Part shown: one piece after another, positions 8,507 through 17,956 of the stretch | How positions within the stretch are numbered: the stretch's first letter is position 1 | Layout: every line of letters starts with the position of its first letter | Notes under the pieces: model-generated | What the model saw: the letters and a program-made list of their open reading frames with translations, nothing else | What the model was told of the DNA's origin: nothing | Database searches by the model: none | Origin: Candidatus Curtissbacteria bacterium | GTDB taxonomy: Bacteria; Patescibacteriota; Microgenomatia; Curtissbacterales; GWA2-41-24 | NCBI GenBank assembly: GCA_030647775.1 | Contig: JAUSJC010000007.1 | Location: forward strand, 50,038 to 114,037 | DNA length: 64,000 nucleotides | Direction: 5' to 3' | Program-made: the position numbers and the translations under genes

Positions 8507-9988
8507 TTATTCTCTGACAAGGAGCTGAAAATGGCCGATATTTACTTCGTAGCTTATTGGTTTTCTTAAATTGTCTTCCTCCGTGGTTTTTTGAATCCAA
8601 TGGGGCCACTGGCGGTCGAGACTTGGCTCGATAATTGTGAATTCTGTTTTCGTAATTTCACCGGATCTTGGGAAAACCTCGATTCCCGGGAATGTTGATG
8701 CCGTATTGCCGTGGAAATGAGGCAGGAGAAGGTTATTTTGCTTGGCATACAGCTGGTATAGGTACGCCCAAGTCGTCGGGATATAAAGCGGGTTGGTAAC
8801 AGCATTGATGCTGAACCTTTGGACTGGAGAAATCTCGTAGGTTTTTTTAACGAGCGCCATTTCGTCTTTAAAAATCATGCCGTCCTGAATTCTGAATAGG
8901 ACACTGCCTTTTTGGTTCTTCTCAAAAACGGTAAGGGAGTTAGTAAGAATAATAGCGCCGATTATCAGGACAAAAGCGTATTTTGAAAATAGGCTGACCC
9001 TATGTAAAAAATAGGCGGTCAATACCAAAAGAGGGATGAGACTGCCGAGAGTTATGTAATACGAGCTGAAAGAAGACACGATAAAGATTGGTATATTGGC
9101 AAATAGAAGTATGAGCAGGAAGAGTAATGGCTTCCTTATTTTTTTATCGGTTTTGGCAAGGTAGATAGCAAAGGAAATTATGGCTAGGCCAAGAATGACA
9201 GAGATTGGCCCTGATTGAGGAAATAAATTATTACTGAGCTGCTCTTGCCATTTTTTTAAATATTCCATTAGTTGAGTGTCCAGTGCCGTTTTGGCGCCGA
9301 TGTTGCCGGCGAAAAAATCTGCCGCGCCTTTTATCCCCTGGAACTTAAATTTAAGTTCGGCAACTGCGAAGCTTGAAATAAGAAAGAGGAACCCGGATGC
9401 CCCTAAAAGCATCTCTTTTCTTGGGAAGTACCTGACATTTGCGATTGCCAGTGTCACCAATGCTGATAATATGAGATAGACTAAGAAAATCTGCGTCTGG
9501 ATGGCCAGACCGAGGGCAAGAAAAGTCATGACCCAGCCCCCTTTTTGTTTATGGACGATTTGCCAAAGGCCAAGGTAGAAAAAAGCAATTGCCGGTACTG
9601 CCAGAGATGGGTTGGAAATCCATCTGGCATAAGAAACGGCCTCGAAGGAAACGGCGTAAAGGATGAGGGCGACGATTGAAATAGAAGTGTTTTTGAAGAG
9701 TTTTTGCGTCAATTGCCAAAGAGGAATGAGGACTAAAAGATTGATTAATATCATTTCGATTAAAACTACTTGGGGATCGCCACTGCCCAAAAAGTAAAAT
9801 GGGGAGATAACGTAATAGAAAAGCGGGCCGTGGAAAAACCCCGGGATATCGCTTGGCGGGCCGACAATTTTCAGGTGGCCTTTTGTAATGCTTTGGGCGA
9901 AAAAAGCGTCCCTTGCCTGGTCATAAGTGAAAAGTAAAGTGGAGAGACCCGGCGTAAGCCGCAGGATAAAAGCAAGGGTAACAATCAA
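8507..9988 (-). CDS. membrane glycosyltransferase, GT-C fold (ArnT/PMT-like)
   Basis: YDQARD and HGPLFYY motifs, many TM helices. Confidence 0.8.
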   Translation of the reverse strand: MIVTLAFILRLTPGLSTLLFTYDQARDAFFAQSITKGHLKIVGPPSDIPGFFHGPLFYYVISPFYFLGSGDPQVVLIEMILINLLVLIPLWQLTQKLFKNTSISIVALILYAVSFEAVSYARWISNPSLAVPAIAFFYLGLWQIVHKQKGGWVMTFLALGLAIQTQIFLVYLILSALVTLAIANVRYFPRKEMLLGASGFLFLISSFAVAELKFKFQGIKGAADFFAGNIGAKTALDTQLMEYLKKWQEQLSNNLFPQSGPISVILGLAIISFAIYLAKTDKKIRKPLLFLLILLFANIPIFIVSSFSSYYITLGSLIPLLVLTAYFLHRVSLFSKYAFVLIIGAIILTNSLTVFEKNQKGSVLFRIQDGMIFKDEMALVKKTYEISPVQRFSINAVTNPLYIPTTWAYLYQLYAKQNNLLLPHFHGNTASTFPGIEVFPRSGEITKTEFTIIEPSLDRQWPHWIQKTTEEDNLRKPISYEVNIGHFQLLVRE

Positions 9989-10013
9989 AAGAATAATAAT
10001 GAGTTTTATGCCC

Positions 10014-10265
10014 CTACCCTACTTCTTCTTGCAGTTCTTCGTCAACGTTTAGGGGACCCGGACCATGGGCTTCGTCGCCGTGCAAACCGACCTTTTTGAG
10101 TTCTTCGTCAATGTCCGGGGACTCGGAAGTTGTGGCGTCGCCGGAAAAAACATCTTCCTCGCCGGTTACAGAAGGAGGCGCAACCGGGTCTTGAAATTGG
10201 TTTTCCTCTGTCCCGGTGTCATTGATATTCGGAGCGTTTGGAATTGTGTGGTCGTCCGGAGCCAT
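10014..10265 (-). CDS. small acidic low-complexity hypothetical protein
   Basis: D/E/P-rich ORF with TAAAAT-6nt-ATG start. Confidence 0.7.
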   Translation of the reverse strand: MAPDDHTIPNAPNINDTGTEENQFQDPVAPPSVTGEEDVFSGDATTSESPDIDEELKKVGLHGDEAHGPGPLNVDEELQEEVG

Positions 10266-10294
10266 AATTATATTTTAGCAGAAATTGTGCGGTG

Positions 10295-10377
10295 TGCCGA
10301 GAGAGGGGATCGAACCCTCACGCCATTGCTGGCACAAGATTTTAAGTCTTGCGTGTCTGCCATTCCACCACCTCGGC
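10295..10377 (-). tRNA. tRNA-Leu(TAA)
   Basis: GCCGAGG/TCTCGGC acceptor, loop CTTAAAA, long variable arm. Confidence 0.95.
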
Positions 10378-10473
10378 CCGTTAGAAGTACGGTGATCGAT
10401 TTTTATTTTAAATAGTATATCAAAAATTTAAGAACGAATTGTGCCTTATTATAATAACCAAACTTCTAACGGG
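10377..10473. mobile_element. MITE-like element CCCGTTAGAAGT...ACTTCTAACGGG
   Basis: 12-bp terminal inverted repeats flanked by CCTCGG direct repeats; second copy at 58763-58834. Confidence 0.75.
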
Positions 10474-10486
10474 CCTCGGCTGGGTT

Positions 10487-10562
10487 TGGGGAGGCCGAGG
10501 GGAATTGAACCCCCAACCCGCAGCTCCACAAGCTGCTGCTCTACCATTGAGCTACGACCTCC
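10487..10562 (-). tRNA. tRNA-His(GTG)
   Basis: 8-bp acceptor with G-1, loop TTGTGGA, encoded CCA. Confidence 0.95.
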
Positions 10563-10609
10563 ACGAATGGCCATATTATATCAGTTTTACGAGTTACGAT
10601 CAGAGTAAA

Positions 10610-11305
10610 TTAACTGGCGAAGCGATATTTTAATAAGATATATATTGCCCTAAAGCCATCCTTGATGCCGATTTTTTTCCCTTCCTGATAACTGCGGCTT
10701 TTATATGCGATTGGGATTTCCACGATTTTTAAGCCTTTTTTAAGAAGCTTACAGGTAATTTCCGGCTCAAAACCAAACCTGTCTTCACGCAGCTTGATTC
10801 CCTTTAAAACTTCACTCTTAAAGCATTTATAACAGGTTTCCATGTCTGTAATCTGGGCCCGGTAGAGGATCTTTGTCAGAAACGAAAGGAAAAGGTTACC
10901 GGCATAAAAAAGCAAATATTTTGGTTTGTGGTTGGGGTTCAGGAATCTTGAGCCGTAAATGACGTCGGTGCCGCTATTTTTTATTTCTGAAATTAATTTC
11001 AAATGATCGTTTGGGTCATACTCCAAATCGGCGTCCTGGATAAGGATTATCTCCCCTTTTGCTTTTGAAAACCCCGAGCGGAGGCAGTACCCTTTTCCCC
11101 TATTTTTGTTATTCCAGATTTTGGTAATGCCGGCGATTTTATCTATTTTCTCCTGCGTGCTGTCCTTTGAGCAATCGTTAATAACGATAATTTCAAACGT
11201 GCCCGGGTATTTGACTTTTTTAACGGCCGCGACGATTTGCCCGATTGTTTTTTCTTCGTTATAGGCGGGTATGATAATAGAGAAATCGATTTTTCTGCTT
11301 TTCAT
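10610..11305 (-). CDS. glycosyltransferase family 2 (DPM1-like)
   Basis: SIIIPAYNEE, INDCSKD, QDADLEYDP, TDMETCYK motifs. Confidence 0.93.
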   Translation of the reverse strand: MKSRKIDFSIIIPAYNEEKTIGQIVAAVKKVKYPGTFEIIVINDCSKDSTQEKIDKIAGITKIWNNKNRGKGYCLRSGFSKAKGEIILIQDADLEYDPNDHLKLISEIKNSGTDVIYGSRFLNPNHKPKYLLFYAGNLFLSFLTKILYRAQITDMETCYKCFKSEVLKGIKLREDRFGFEPEITCKLLKKGLKIVEIPIAYKSRSYQEGKKIGIKDGFRAIYILLKYRFAS

Positions 11306-11510
11306 GTTTTAGGTTTGTATTATATTCGAAGAATACAAATTTTTCTCATTAATTCCTTGAGAGAATTATAATCGCAACAGCGTGGCGTCGACAATTGTCT
11401 AATTCTCGGGTACAATTAGAATCTGCAAAAGGGTTTGCGCCCGTAGCTTTAGATAGTTATTACACGCGTAGCGTGGAACTATAGCAAGCTACACAGCAAA
11501 TTGAAAATTT

Positions 11511-11583
11511 GCGCCCGTAGCTTAATGGATAGAGCAGACGGCTTCGGACCGTAAGGTTGGGGGTTCGACTCCCTCCGGGCGCA
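11511..11583 (+). tRNA. tRNA-Arg(TCG)
   Basis: GCGCCCG/CGGGCGC acceptor, loop CTTCGGA. Confidence 0.93.
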
Positions 11584-11607
11584 CTTCTGCAGAGCAGAAT
11601 TGCTAGG

Positions 11608-11868
11608 ATGTATCAGGTGTACATTTTAAGAAGTTTAAGCAATGGATCTCGGTCATATGTCGGCTTGACCTTGAAGGGGATAAAAAATAGATTAAAAGAG
11701 CACAATGCCGGGGAATCTAGATACACGAAAACCTATATTCCATGGGAGCTAGTGTACTTTGAAAACTTTTATTGTAGGTTATGTGCAGAGAAAAGAGAAA
11801 AATTTCTAAAATCGGGTTTTGGGTATCGGTTTAGAAAGTTGATTTTAGAGAAGTTTAAAGCAGGATAA
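11608..11868 (+). CDS. standalone GIY-YIG nuclease
   Basis: MYQVYILRS...YVGLT...RLKEHNAG...REKFLKSG; ATG at 11608; flanked by TTCTGC-N3-GCAGAA hairpins. Confidence 0.92.
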   Translation: MYQVYILRSLSNGSRSYVGLTLKGIKNRLKEHNAGESRYTKTYIPWELVYFENFYCRLCAEKREKFLKSGFGYRFRKLILEKFKAG

Positions 11869-11890
11869 TTTTACGTTCTGCTTTGCAGAA

Positions 11891-11964
11891 CGGGGAGTAG
11901 CTCAGTTGGCTAGAGCGCTGCTTTTGGGAAGCAGAGGCCGGAGGTTCAAGTCCTCTCTCCCCGA
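11891..11964 (+). tRNA. tRNA-Pro(TGG)
   Basis: CGGGGAG/CTCCCCG acceptor, loop TTTGGGA. Confidence 0.95.
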
Positions 11965-12279
11965 CACTATTGGCATTTTTTAAATTTAGCTTGTTTGTAC
12001 AATCCGAAAGGGGTTCGAAGATTAAATATCACAAAAAGGCATAGCTTCGAGACGGGTTCGAAGATAGGACTACAGTATAATTTGATCTAAGTTAACCTAA
12101 TTCTAACCAAAAGATAACCTAATTCAAGTCAACCAGATACGCACAAACTTGACGCAGTTTGATCTAAATGGATACAATACTTGACGTAGTTTGTGCTATT
12201 GCCATTTTTTGCCGGGGGCATTTAAGATATCTATAGATATCTGCACTTTAATTAATTACGGGTAGGGTAAAAGAAACAG

Positions 12280-12368
12280 TCCTGCCGACGAGATTCGAAC
12301 TCGCAAAAACCGTGTCACGGGTTAGTAGCTTGATAGGCCACCGCGTCTACCAGTTGCGCCACAGCAGG
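12280..12368 (-). tRNA. atypical class II tRNA: Leu-type body with ATC anticodon
   Basis: CCTGCTG/CGGCAGG acceptor, D arm GCG-CAACTGGTAGA-CGC, anticodon stem GTGGC/GCTAC with loop CTATCAA, 20-nt variable arm, T arm GCGAG-TTCGAAT-CTCGT, A73. Confidence 0.8.
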
Positions 12369-12827
12369 GCAACGTCTTTTACCCTATCCTCAATTAATTT
12401 TTAAGGTTCTCCTACAAAAAGGCACCTTGCCTTCCGGCTTAGGTGCTCGATTCTTCTCTATTTAGTCTGCACCCACAACTTTTATTTTCAGGGCTATCTC
12501 GCACCTCCTCGATAGCTCACCGTTTACCTATTAATTTATACTGCCCTTATTATGAAAATGTGGCATTTGGCATGCAGACTGAATTTCACGAATATGCCAA
12601 AAGCACAATATATTGTGGTCTAATCTTAGTATATACACAACTGAAAATAATAATCAAGCGCTTTTATCATTTCCGGCCGCCACAGACCCGGTAGCGGGTC
12701 TAGTTTCGCTTTACCTTGCCAAAAAGCCTATTTAATTCTGCTCAGTTTAATTTTTGGAGTAAATCGTTAATATATTGGATTTCAATAGCTGTAAGGGTTC
12801 GAATATCGCTCCATAGACCCGACCAAG

Positions 12828-14075
12828 TTAGTTCATATGTTTTTGGAGTGCAGGTCGAAGAACTAGGCCGATTACCGTTAGTATTAACCCTAAAATTATA
12901 AATATTGTTGTAACATCTAGCCTTTCGGTAAGCAGGGCTACCAGCAAGACCGGTATAGGGGTTATGGCAGATGCGGAAATTGTAACCAGCGAAAAAACTC
13001 TCCCCATCATTGTTTCGGGTGTATTTTGCTGCAAGACGGTTCTGGCATGAACCGCTACAAATACTGCGGCCACGCCAATTATGGTCGCCGACGCCATTGT
13101 CACCAGTCGAAGTATTGTAACGCCTGTTGGTTGACCTGCTAGAAGTTGTGCGCTCAACCCTAAGCTGAGCAATACCAAACCAAAAGTAATGACCCCTAAG
13201 AAGATGGAGTGACCCCTTTTCCACCACTTTTCGATATAACCCATTATTGCTACGCCAAGTCCCAGGCCGGCAATAAGCGGAATCACCAAGAAATAACTAG
13301 TGGAAGTTGCCGGCAGGTCTAGATATTGTTTGACGTAACCAATAAACAGAATCGCCAGCATGCCAATGTTGAATTCCATAATTGTTAGCAAAATGATTGG
13401 GATGGAAATGCCATGATTTTTCTTGGTGACGGAAAGGACGTCGCGGGTTAGGATTAAAGTGCGCATAAATATCTGTTTCCTAATCACCCCGGGACGTGCC
13501 GACTCGATAGTGTGGAGACTAAGTCTCAGGAAAAAGCCGATAGCGGTTAGTATTCCCGCGATTATGAAAGCTGCTTTAAACCCTTCGTTTCCGCCGCCGA
13601 ACAATTGGATGACAGGCCCGGCCGCCGCGTAACCTAGCATGACAGAACCAAGTTGAGTAAAGAGAAATAAGGAATTGGCCTGTGCCAATTTTTCTCCTTT
13701 TACCAGTAGTGGAATCGTTGCGGCTTCGGCAGGTGTAAAAAATTGCGAAACCGAGGCGGTTACAAAGGCAATTGCCAGTAAGCCCCAAACGCTGTGAATG
13801 CTAAACGCGTAAAGAATGAATAGCAAACTTAAGGCAAGGTCTGTTACAAGCATAAGCTTCTTGCGATTTGTCATATCGACTATCGAGCCGGCAAAAAAGC
13901 CTACAAAGAATGCCGGGAGCGTCATTGCCGCATAAAACTGCGCCAGTGCAAAGCGGGAATTTGTCAGTTGGCTGATAAGCAGCAGCGCCGTGAAGTTACA
14001 CATGTTAAAGGCAATTTGGAGAAGAACCTGGTTACCCCAAAGTTTTAAAAATTGGCTGTTTTTAAGTATTTCCAT
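12828..14075 (-). CDS. MFS transporter
   Basis: 12 predicted TMs, GSIVDMTNRKK motif A, LQQNTPETMMGRVFS. Confidence 0.9.
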   Translation of the reverse strand: MEILKNSQFLKLWGNQVLLQIAFNMCNFTALLLISQLTNSRFALAQFYAAMTLPAFFVGFFAGSIVDMTNRKKLMLVTDLALSLLFILYAFSIHSVWGLLAIAFVTASVSQFFTPAEAATIPLLVKGEKLAQANSLFLFTQLGSVMLGYAAAGPVIQLFGGGNEGFKAAFIIAGILTAIGFFLRLSLHTIESARPGVIRKQIFMRTLILTRDVLSVTKKNHGISIPIILLTIMEFNIGMLAILFIGYVKQYLDLPATSTSYFLVIPLIAGLGLGVAIMGYIEKWWKRGHSIFLGVITFGLVLLSLGLSAQLLAGQPTGVTILRLVTMASATIIGVAAVFVAVHARTVLQQNTPETMMGRVFSLVTISASAITPIPVLLVALLTERLDVTTIFIILGLILTVIGLVLRPALQKHMN

Positions 14076-14107
14076 AAACTAAGAATAGAATAGCGTGAGT
14101 AAATTGT

Positions 14108-14216
14108 CTAGAATCGCGCCTGTTGGATTACGAACCTCAATTTTTGTTCGTAAAGATCAAGATAACTGCGGTACTCACAGATTTGTTTTAGCGCTTGGAT
14201 ATCGTCGGCAGTTGGA
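14108..14216 (-). pseudogene. orphan 3' end of the matrixin gene (alternative C-terminus)
   Basis: PTADDIQALKQICEYRSYLDLY matches PTADDIQALETICQNRSYFDLY of 17865..18785; 27-bp identical core. Confidence 0.85.
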
Positions 14217-14225
14217 GTCTTTGCT

Positions 14226-14445
14226 GATTTGTATAAGCTAAAGATGGGGGACAAATTGTACATTGAGGATAACACAGGGACAACTACTACCTTCATAGTT
14301 CGTGAAAGTCGCATCTATGATCCTGGGCTTGCAGGTGATGTTTTCAGTCGCAGCGATGGGACTTATTTAAACCTTATTACTTGCGATGGAGTATGGGACG
14401 GAGTTAAAAAAAAGCTATAACAAACGTTTGGTGGTATTTGCTAGG
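14226..14445 (+). pseudogene. class F sortase 3' fragment with frameshift
   Basis: LKMGDKLYIED...LNLITCDGVWD, then an A-run frameshift before YNKRLVVFA; homologous to 17222..17956. Confidence 0.8.
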
Positions 14446-14469
14446 ACCCTTTAGGGGTATAATAAATAT

Positions 14470-14811
14470 ATGGCAACTCTAATTTTTACTGTTTTATTTG
14501 GACTCATTATTGCCTTTTTTGCTACTCAAAACACAGCTGTTATCTCACTTAAATTCTTAAACTACCAAATACCTGGTATTCCTACCTATATTGTAGTAGT
14601 TGGTGCGCTTCTTGTTGGACTGTTTCTTTCCTGGATTATTAGTTTTGTAAACGATATAGCAACTGGTTTTACTATGCGGGGGAAAGACAGCAAAATTAAA
14701 GACTACAAAAAAGAGAATGCCGAATTACTCAAGTTAAACCATCAATTAGAACTTGAAAATACCAGACTTAAGGCAGAAACAGATGCCCCTTCAGATGATA
14801 AATCCTTGTGA
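14470..14811 (+). CDS. LapA/DUF1049-family membrane protein
   Basis: FFATQNT between two TMs, coiled-coil tail. Confidence 0.8.
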   Translation: MATLIFTVLFGLIIAFFATQNTAVISLKFLNYQIPGIPTYIVVVGALLVGLFLSWIISFVNDIATGFTMRGKDSKIKDYKKENAELLKLNHQLELENTRLKAETDAPSDDKSL

Positions 14812-15281
14812 AAACTATTCTTGCTAAAGCCTGGCGTGTTCTGTCTCTTACTAAAGGTATTCAGCTTTCGCTTATGCGTGTTTTTCAAGACCAATTTCTA
14901 ATTGGGGTAACAGGTATTATTTTTAACAAAAATCAGGAGGTTTTACTCTTTAAACATACCTACCGCCAAACTGCTTGGAGTTTACCTGGCGGATACATTA
15001 AGTCAAAAGAGCATCCTTTTGAGGCACTAGAGCGGGAGATAAAAGAGGAGTCAGGGCTTGTCGTGAGTGCGGAAGAACAACTCAAAATTAGAACTGATAG
15101 AGAAACTTCACGTTTGGATGTAACTGTAGTTGGTCAGTATATTGGAGGAGAATTTAAGAAGTCACATGAAGTTTTGGAATTTGGCTTTTTCTCTTTTGAA
15201 AACCTCCCTTTTATTTCAAAAAATCAACTATTATTGATTGAGTATACCTTGCACAATAAAACTCCGCAGGTTGCAACTTAA
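14808..15281 (+). CDS. NUDIX hydrolase
   Basis: LPGGYIKSKEHPFEALEREIKEESG Nudix box. Confidence 0.92.
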   Translation: MKTILAKAWRVLSLTKGIQLSLMRVFQDQFLIGVTGIIFNKNQEVLLFKHTYRQTAWSLPGGYIKSKEHPFEALEREIKEESGLVVSAEEQLKIRTDRETSRLDVTVVGQYIGGEFKKSHEVLEFGFFSFENLPFISKNQLLLIEYTLHNKTPQVAT

Positions 15282-15514
15282 GCTGTTTAGATAATTTATT
15301 GGTATAATCTCACCTAGTTTCTTTTCTTGCTCAGGATTTGGTTCTGGCGGTGGAGTTTGATCTGCTGGTTAGTTTGGATCGTCTGGCATGATTCCAGTCT
15401 AGCACAGAATCGGCCAGAATGATGGAAATTAGCCGACTGCCATCATCCTCTCTAAATTTTCTGTTGCGTACGGAATTGAGTTCGAATTTTTCGATAAAGG
15501 TCGACTGGTTATGT

Positions 15515-15841
15515 TTATTCTTTACGTGATGCTCCCTGAAAAATATAGAAAGCAAGGCTCAAAATAATGGCAATAATAAAAATATTTGAAAGCCCGGCAA
15601 TTTGAAGAATGCCAATTGTTGAAAGTATCCAAAATAGCAATAGTATCGACGCAATTTCTCGAAACGGTTTAGGTAATATACCAATTGCCCAACCAACGGC
15701 AAGAAGAATCAGCACATTCCAAAGTGTAATTTGATAATTGTTTATGGAGATCAATTCAATATTTGGAATATGGATTACACCGTTTGGGACGTAGCCTAAA
15801 AACCAAAGAATAATAATTATTGCTAAAATTGCGGATAACAT
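15515..15841 (-). CDS. hypothetical membrane protein
   Basis: 4 hydrophobic segments. Confidence 0.7.
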   Translation of the reverse strand: MLSAILAIIIILWFLGYVPNGVIHIPNIELISINNYQITLWNVLILLAVGWAIGILPKPFREIASILLLFWILSTIGILQIAGLSNIFIIAIILSLAFYIFQGASRKE

Positions 15842-16028
15842 ATGTGTACTACTTTATGTGAGTTAGCGGTAATTATATAACTTAAATTTAATATACGTCA
15901 AAATAACCTCTGATTTCGTTTTTCTTGACAAAATTAAGCAGGTAGTGTACCCTATAACATCTACTGCCTCATTTCTGTTTTTCTGCCTCAAAGTTAGAAA
16001 TTTTGCAAAACTAAAAAATTTTAAAAGG

Positions 16029-17225
16029 ATGAAGCCTATTTTAGTATCGCTATTTATTATTTTAATGGGGTTTGTTTTTATGCCTTTGCCGAAAGCATAT
16101 GCATACTCAAATCCGGCTGCTGTTCCACTGGGAACTGTTTCTAATTTTGCCGCTCTGGCTAAGACCTCGATTACCTCCCCGACAGGCCCGACTGTACTCA
16201 ATAATGGAGATTTAGGCATAGACAGCCCCGGTACGTGTACCGATTTTGCAACTCCCTGTTCTGCGCCGAATGCTAACGGAACGATAAACAGCGGTGCGAT
16301 TCAATTCCAAAATGCGGTTGCACTGCAGGGCCAGACGGATGCAACTGCGGCTATTACCAATATTGGTTTAAGAGTAGCCGATGACACACTTCTAGCTCAA
16401 CTTGGCGGTTAAACCTTAAATCAAGGCGTTTACGATGTGCCGGCTGCTGCGACTAATTTGACCGGGGATCTCACTTTAAATGGTGATGCCAGTTCCGTCT
16501 TTATCTTCCATTTGACATCCACTCTTATTACAGATAACGGAAGTAGAGTACTTCTTACCGGAGGGGCGCAAGCTTGCAATGTATTCTGGAAAGTTGATTC
16601 ATCGGCTACATTTAATGGAACCACAACGATGGTCGGAACCGTTTTGGCTTTGGCGGATATTACTTTTCCTGGAGGCGGAGCAACTTTAGATGGAAGAGTA
16701 GTTGCCCAAACGGGAGCGATCACTTTTAACAACACGACTATAAATAACTCCTCATGTGCTTCTACCAGCTCCAGTACTAGTTCCAGTTCCGGCGGATCAT
16801 CTACTTCAGTTTTTACTCCACTCAATAGCGGAATAATTGCCCCAACTATAATAGAATCAAAAAGAATCAGCCCAACGAGTGTTTTTATCAGCTGGGGACC
16901 ATATTCGGGAATAGATACTTTTATCATTCAGTATGGTCTTGAAAACGGGAATTGGTTATACAGCACCAACGTCACGGGGTTCTCAACCACCATCAATGCT
17001 CTACCTTCGAATCAACCCATCTGGTTTAGGATCGCAGCTAGAAACAGTCAATCAATAGGAAAGTACGGTGAGGCAAAACTTGTCGGAGGGCCGAGTCTGC
17101 CAAGTGCAGGATTTGCTCCCCGCGAGAATAATATTCCATGGTATATTCCGGTTGGTGTCGGCACCGCGTTTTTGGCCTCTTTACTTGTAATTCAAAGAAA
17201 ACGCAAACTGTCATTGGGAAGTTGA
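16029..17225 (+). pseudogene. ice-binding (DUF3494) surface protein with FN3-like domain and LPSAG sorting signal, interrupted by in-frame TAA at 16410-16412
   Basis: signal peptide, LGTVSNFAALA, GGAQACNVFWKV, LDGRVVAQTGAITF; both ORF halves are in the same frame. Confidence 0.85.
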
Positions 17226-17956
17226 AGGATTACGTCCAGCGGCCACTTCTAATAATTACGTTTACCGTATTTTCTCTATTTCTTCTTTTTCATATTGCCC
17301 CTGGCAGTAGCACAAAATCGGTACCTCAAAGCAAAGTAGCAAATAGTGTTTTTTTTAGCAAGGATTCTGCGGGATTGCCGATGCGTCTTTTGATACCTGC
17401 AATTAATGTTAATGCCGCTATTTTGCATCTGGGTGTTACTTCCGGTGGACAGATGGAAGTTCCGGATAATGCTGTCGATGTCGGTTGGTTTAAGTTGGGA
17501 CCGCGACCTGGAGAGATAGGCAGTGCTGTTATTTCTGGGCACTTTGACGGGAAAAATGGTGAAGAGGGAGTGTTTACTAATTTGAATAAGTTGACAGAAG
17601 GTGACAAATTATATGTTGAAGACGGTAGAGGAACATATAAAGCTTTCGTAGTCAGTGGGAGCCGCGCTTATGACCCCGGATATGCTGACGATGTTTTTAG
17701 TCGAAATGATGGTGCTCACCTAAATTTTATTACCTGTGGCGGAGTTTGGGATAATAATAAAAAAAGCTATACGGAAAGATTAGTAATATTTACAGATGCA
17801 AGCATTTATGAAAGTTGGGGTTATAAGATGAAAAGTACCCTGCAAAATACACGGTTGACCGGTTCTACCTTATCCCAAGATTCTTTTGGAGCTGGCTTAT
17901 TACAAAGTTTAGCCTTTGCATATAAAGGTCAAAATAGCTTCTATTTTGGCAAATAG
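17222..17956 (+). CDS. class F sortase (start approximate; C-terminal extension overlaps matrixin)
   Basis: PMRLLIPAI, GPRPGEIGSAVISGHFD, LNFITCGG, ERLVIF. Confidence 0.88.
   Translation: MKDYVQRPLLIITFTVFSLFLLFHIAPGSSTKSVPQSKVANSVFFSKDSAGLPMRLLIPAINVNAAILHLGVTSGGQMEVPDNAVDVGWFKLGPRPGEIGSAVISGHFDGKNGEEGVFTNLNKLTEGDKLYVEDGRGTYKAFVVSGSRAYDPGYADDVFSRNDGAHLNFITCGGVWDNNKKSYTERLVIFTDASIYESWGYKMKSTLQNTRLTGSTLSQDSFGAGLLQSLAFAYKGQNSFYFGK

Noticed and set aside
12443-12694. 83-aa ORF upstream of the atypical tRNA
   Set aside because: No motif, atypical composition, GTG start without signals; more likely non-coding.
15331-15555. 74-aa ORF
   Set aside because: Overlaps the membrane-protein gene end and has no recognisable family; possibly a remnant but unsupported.
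16410-16412. Stop-codon recoding or alternative genetic code
   Set aside because: TAA, TAG and TGA all terminate conserved genes in this window; a single nonsense change is simpler.
17810-17956. Functional C-terminal extension of sortase F
   Set aside because: Runs antisense into the matrixin tail; likely read-on after loss of the stop at the island junction.
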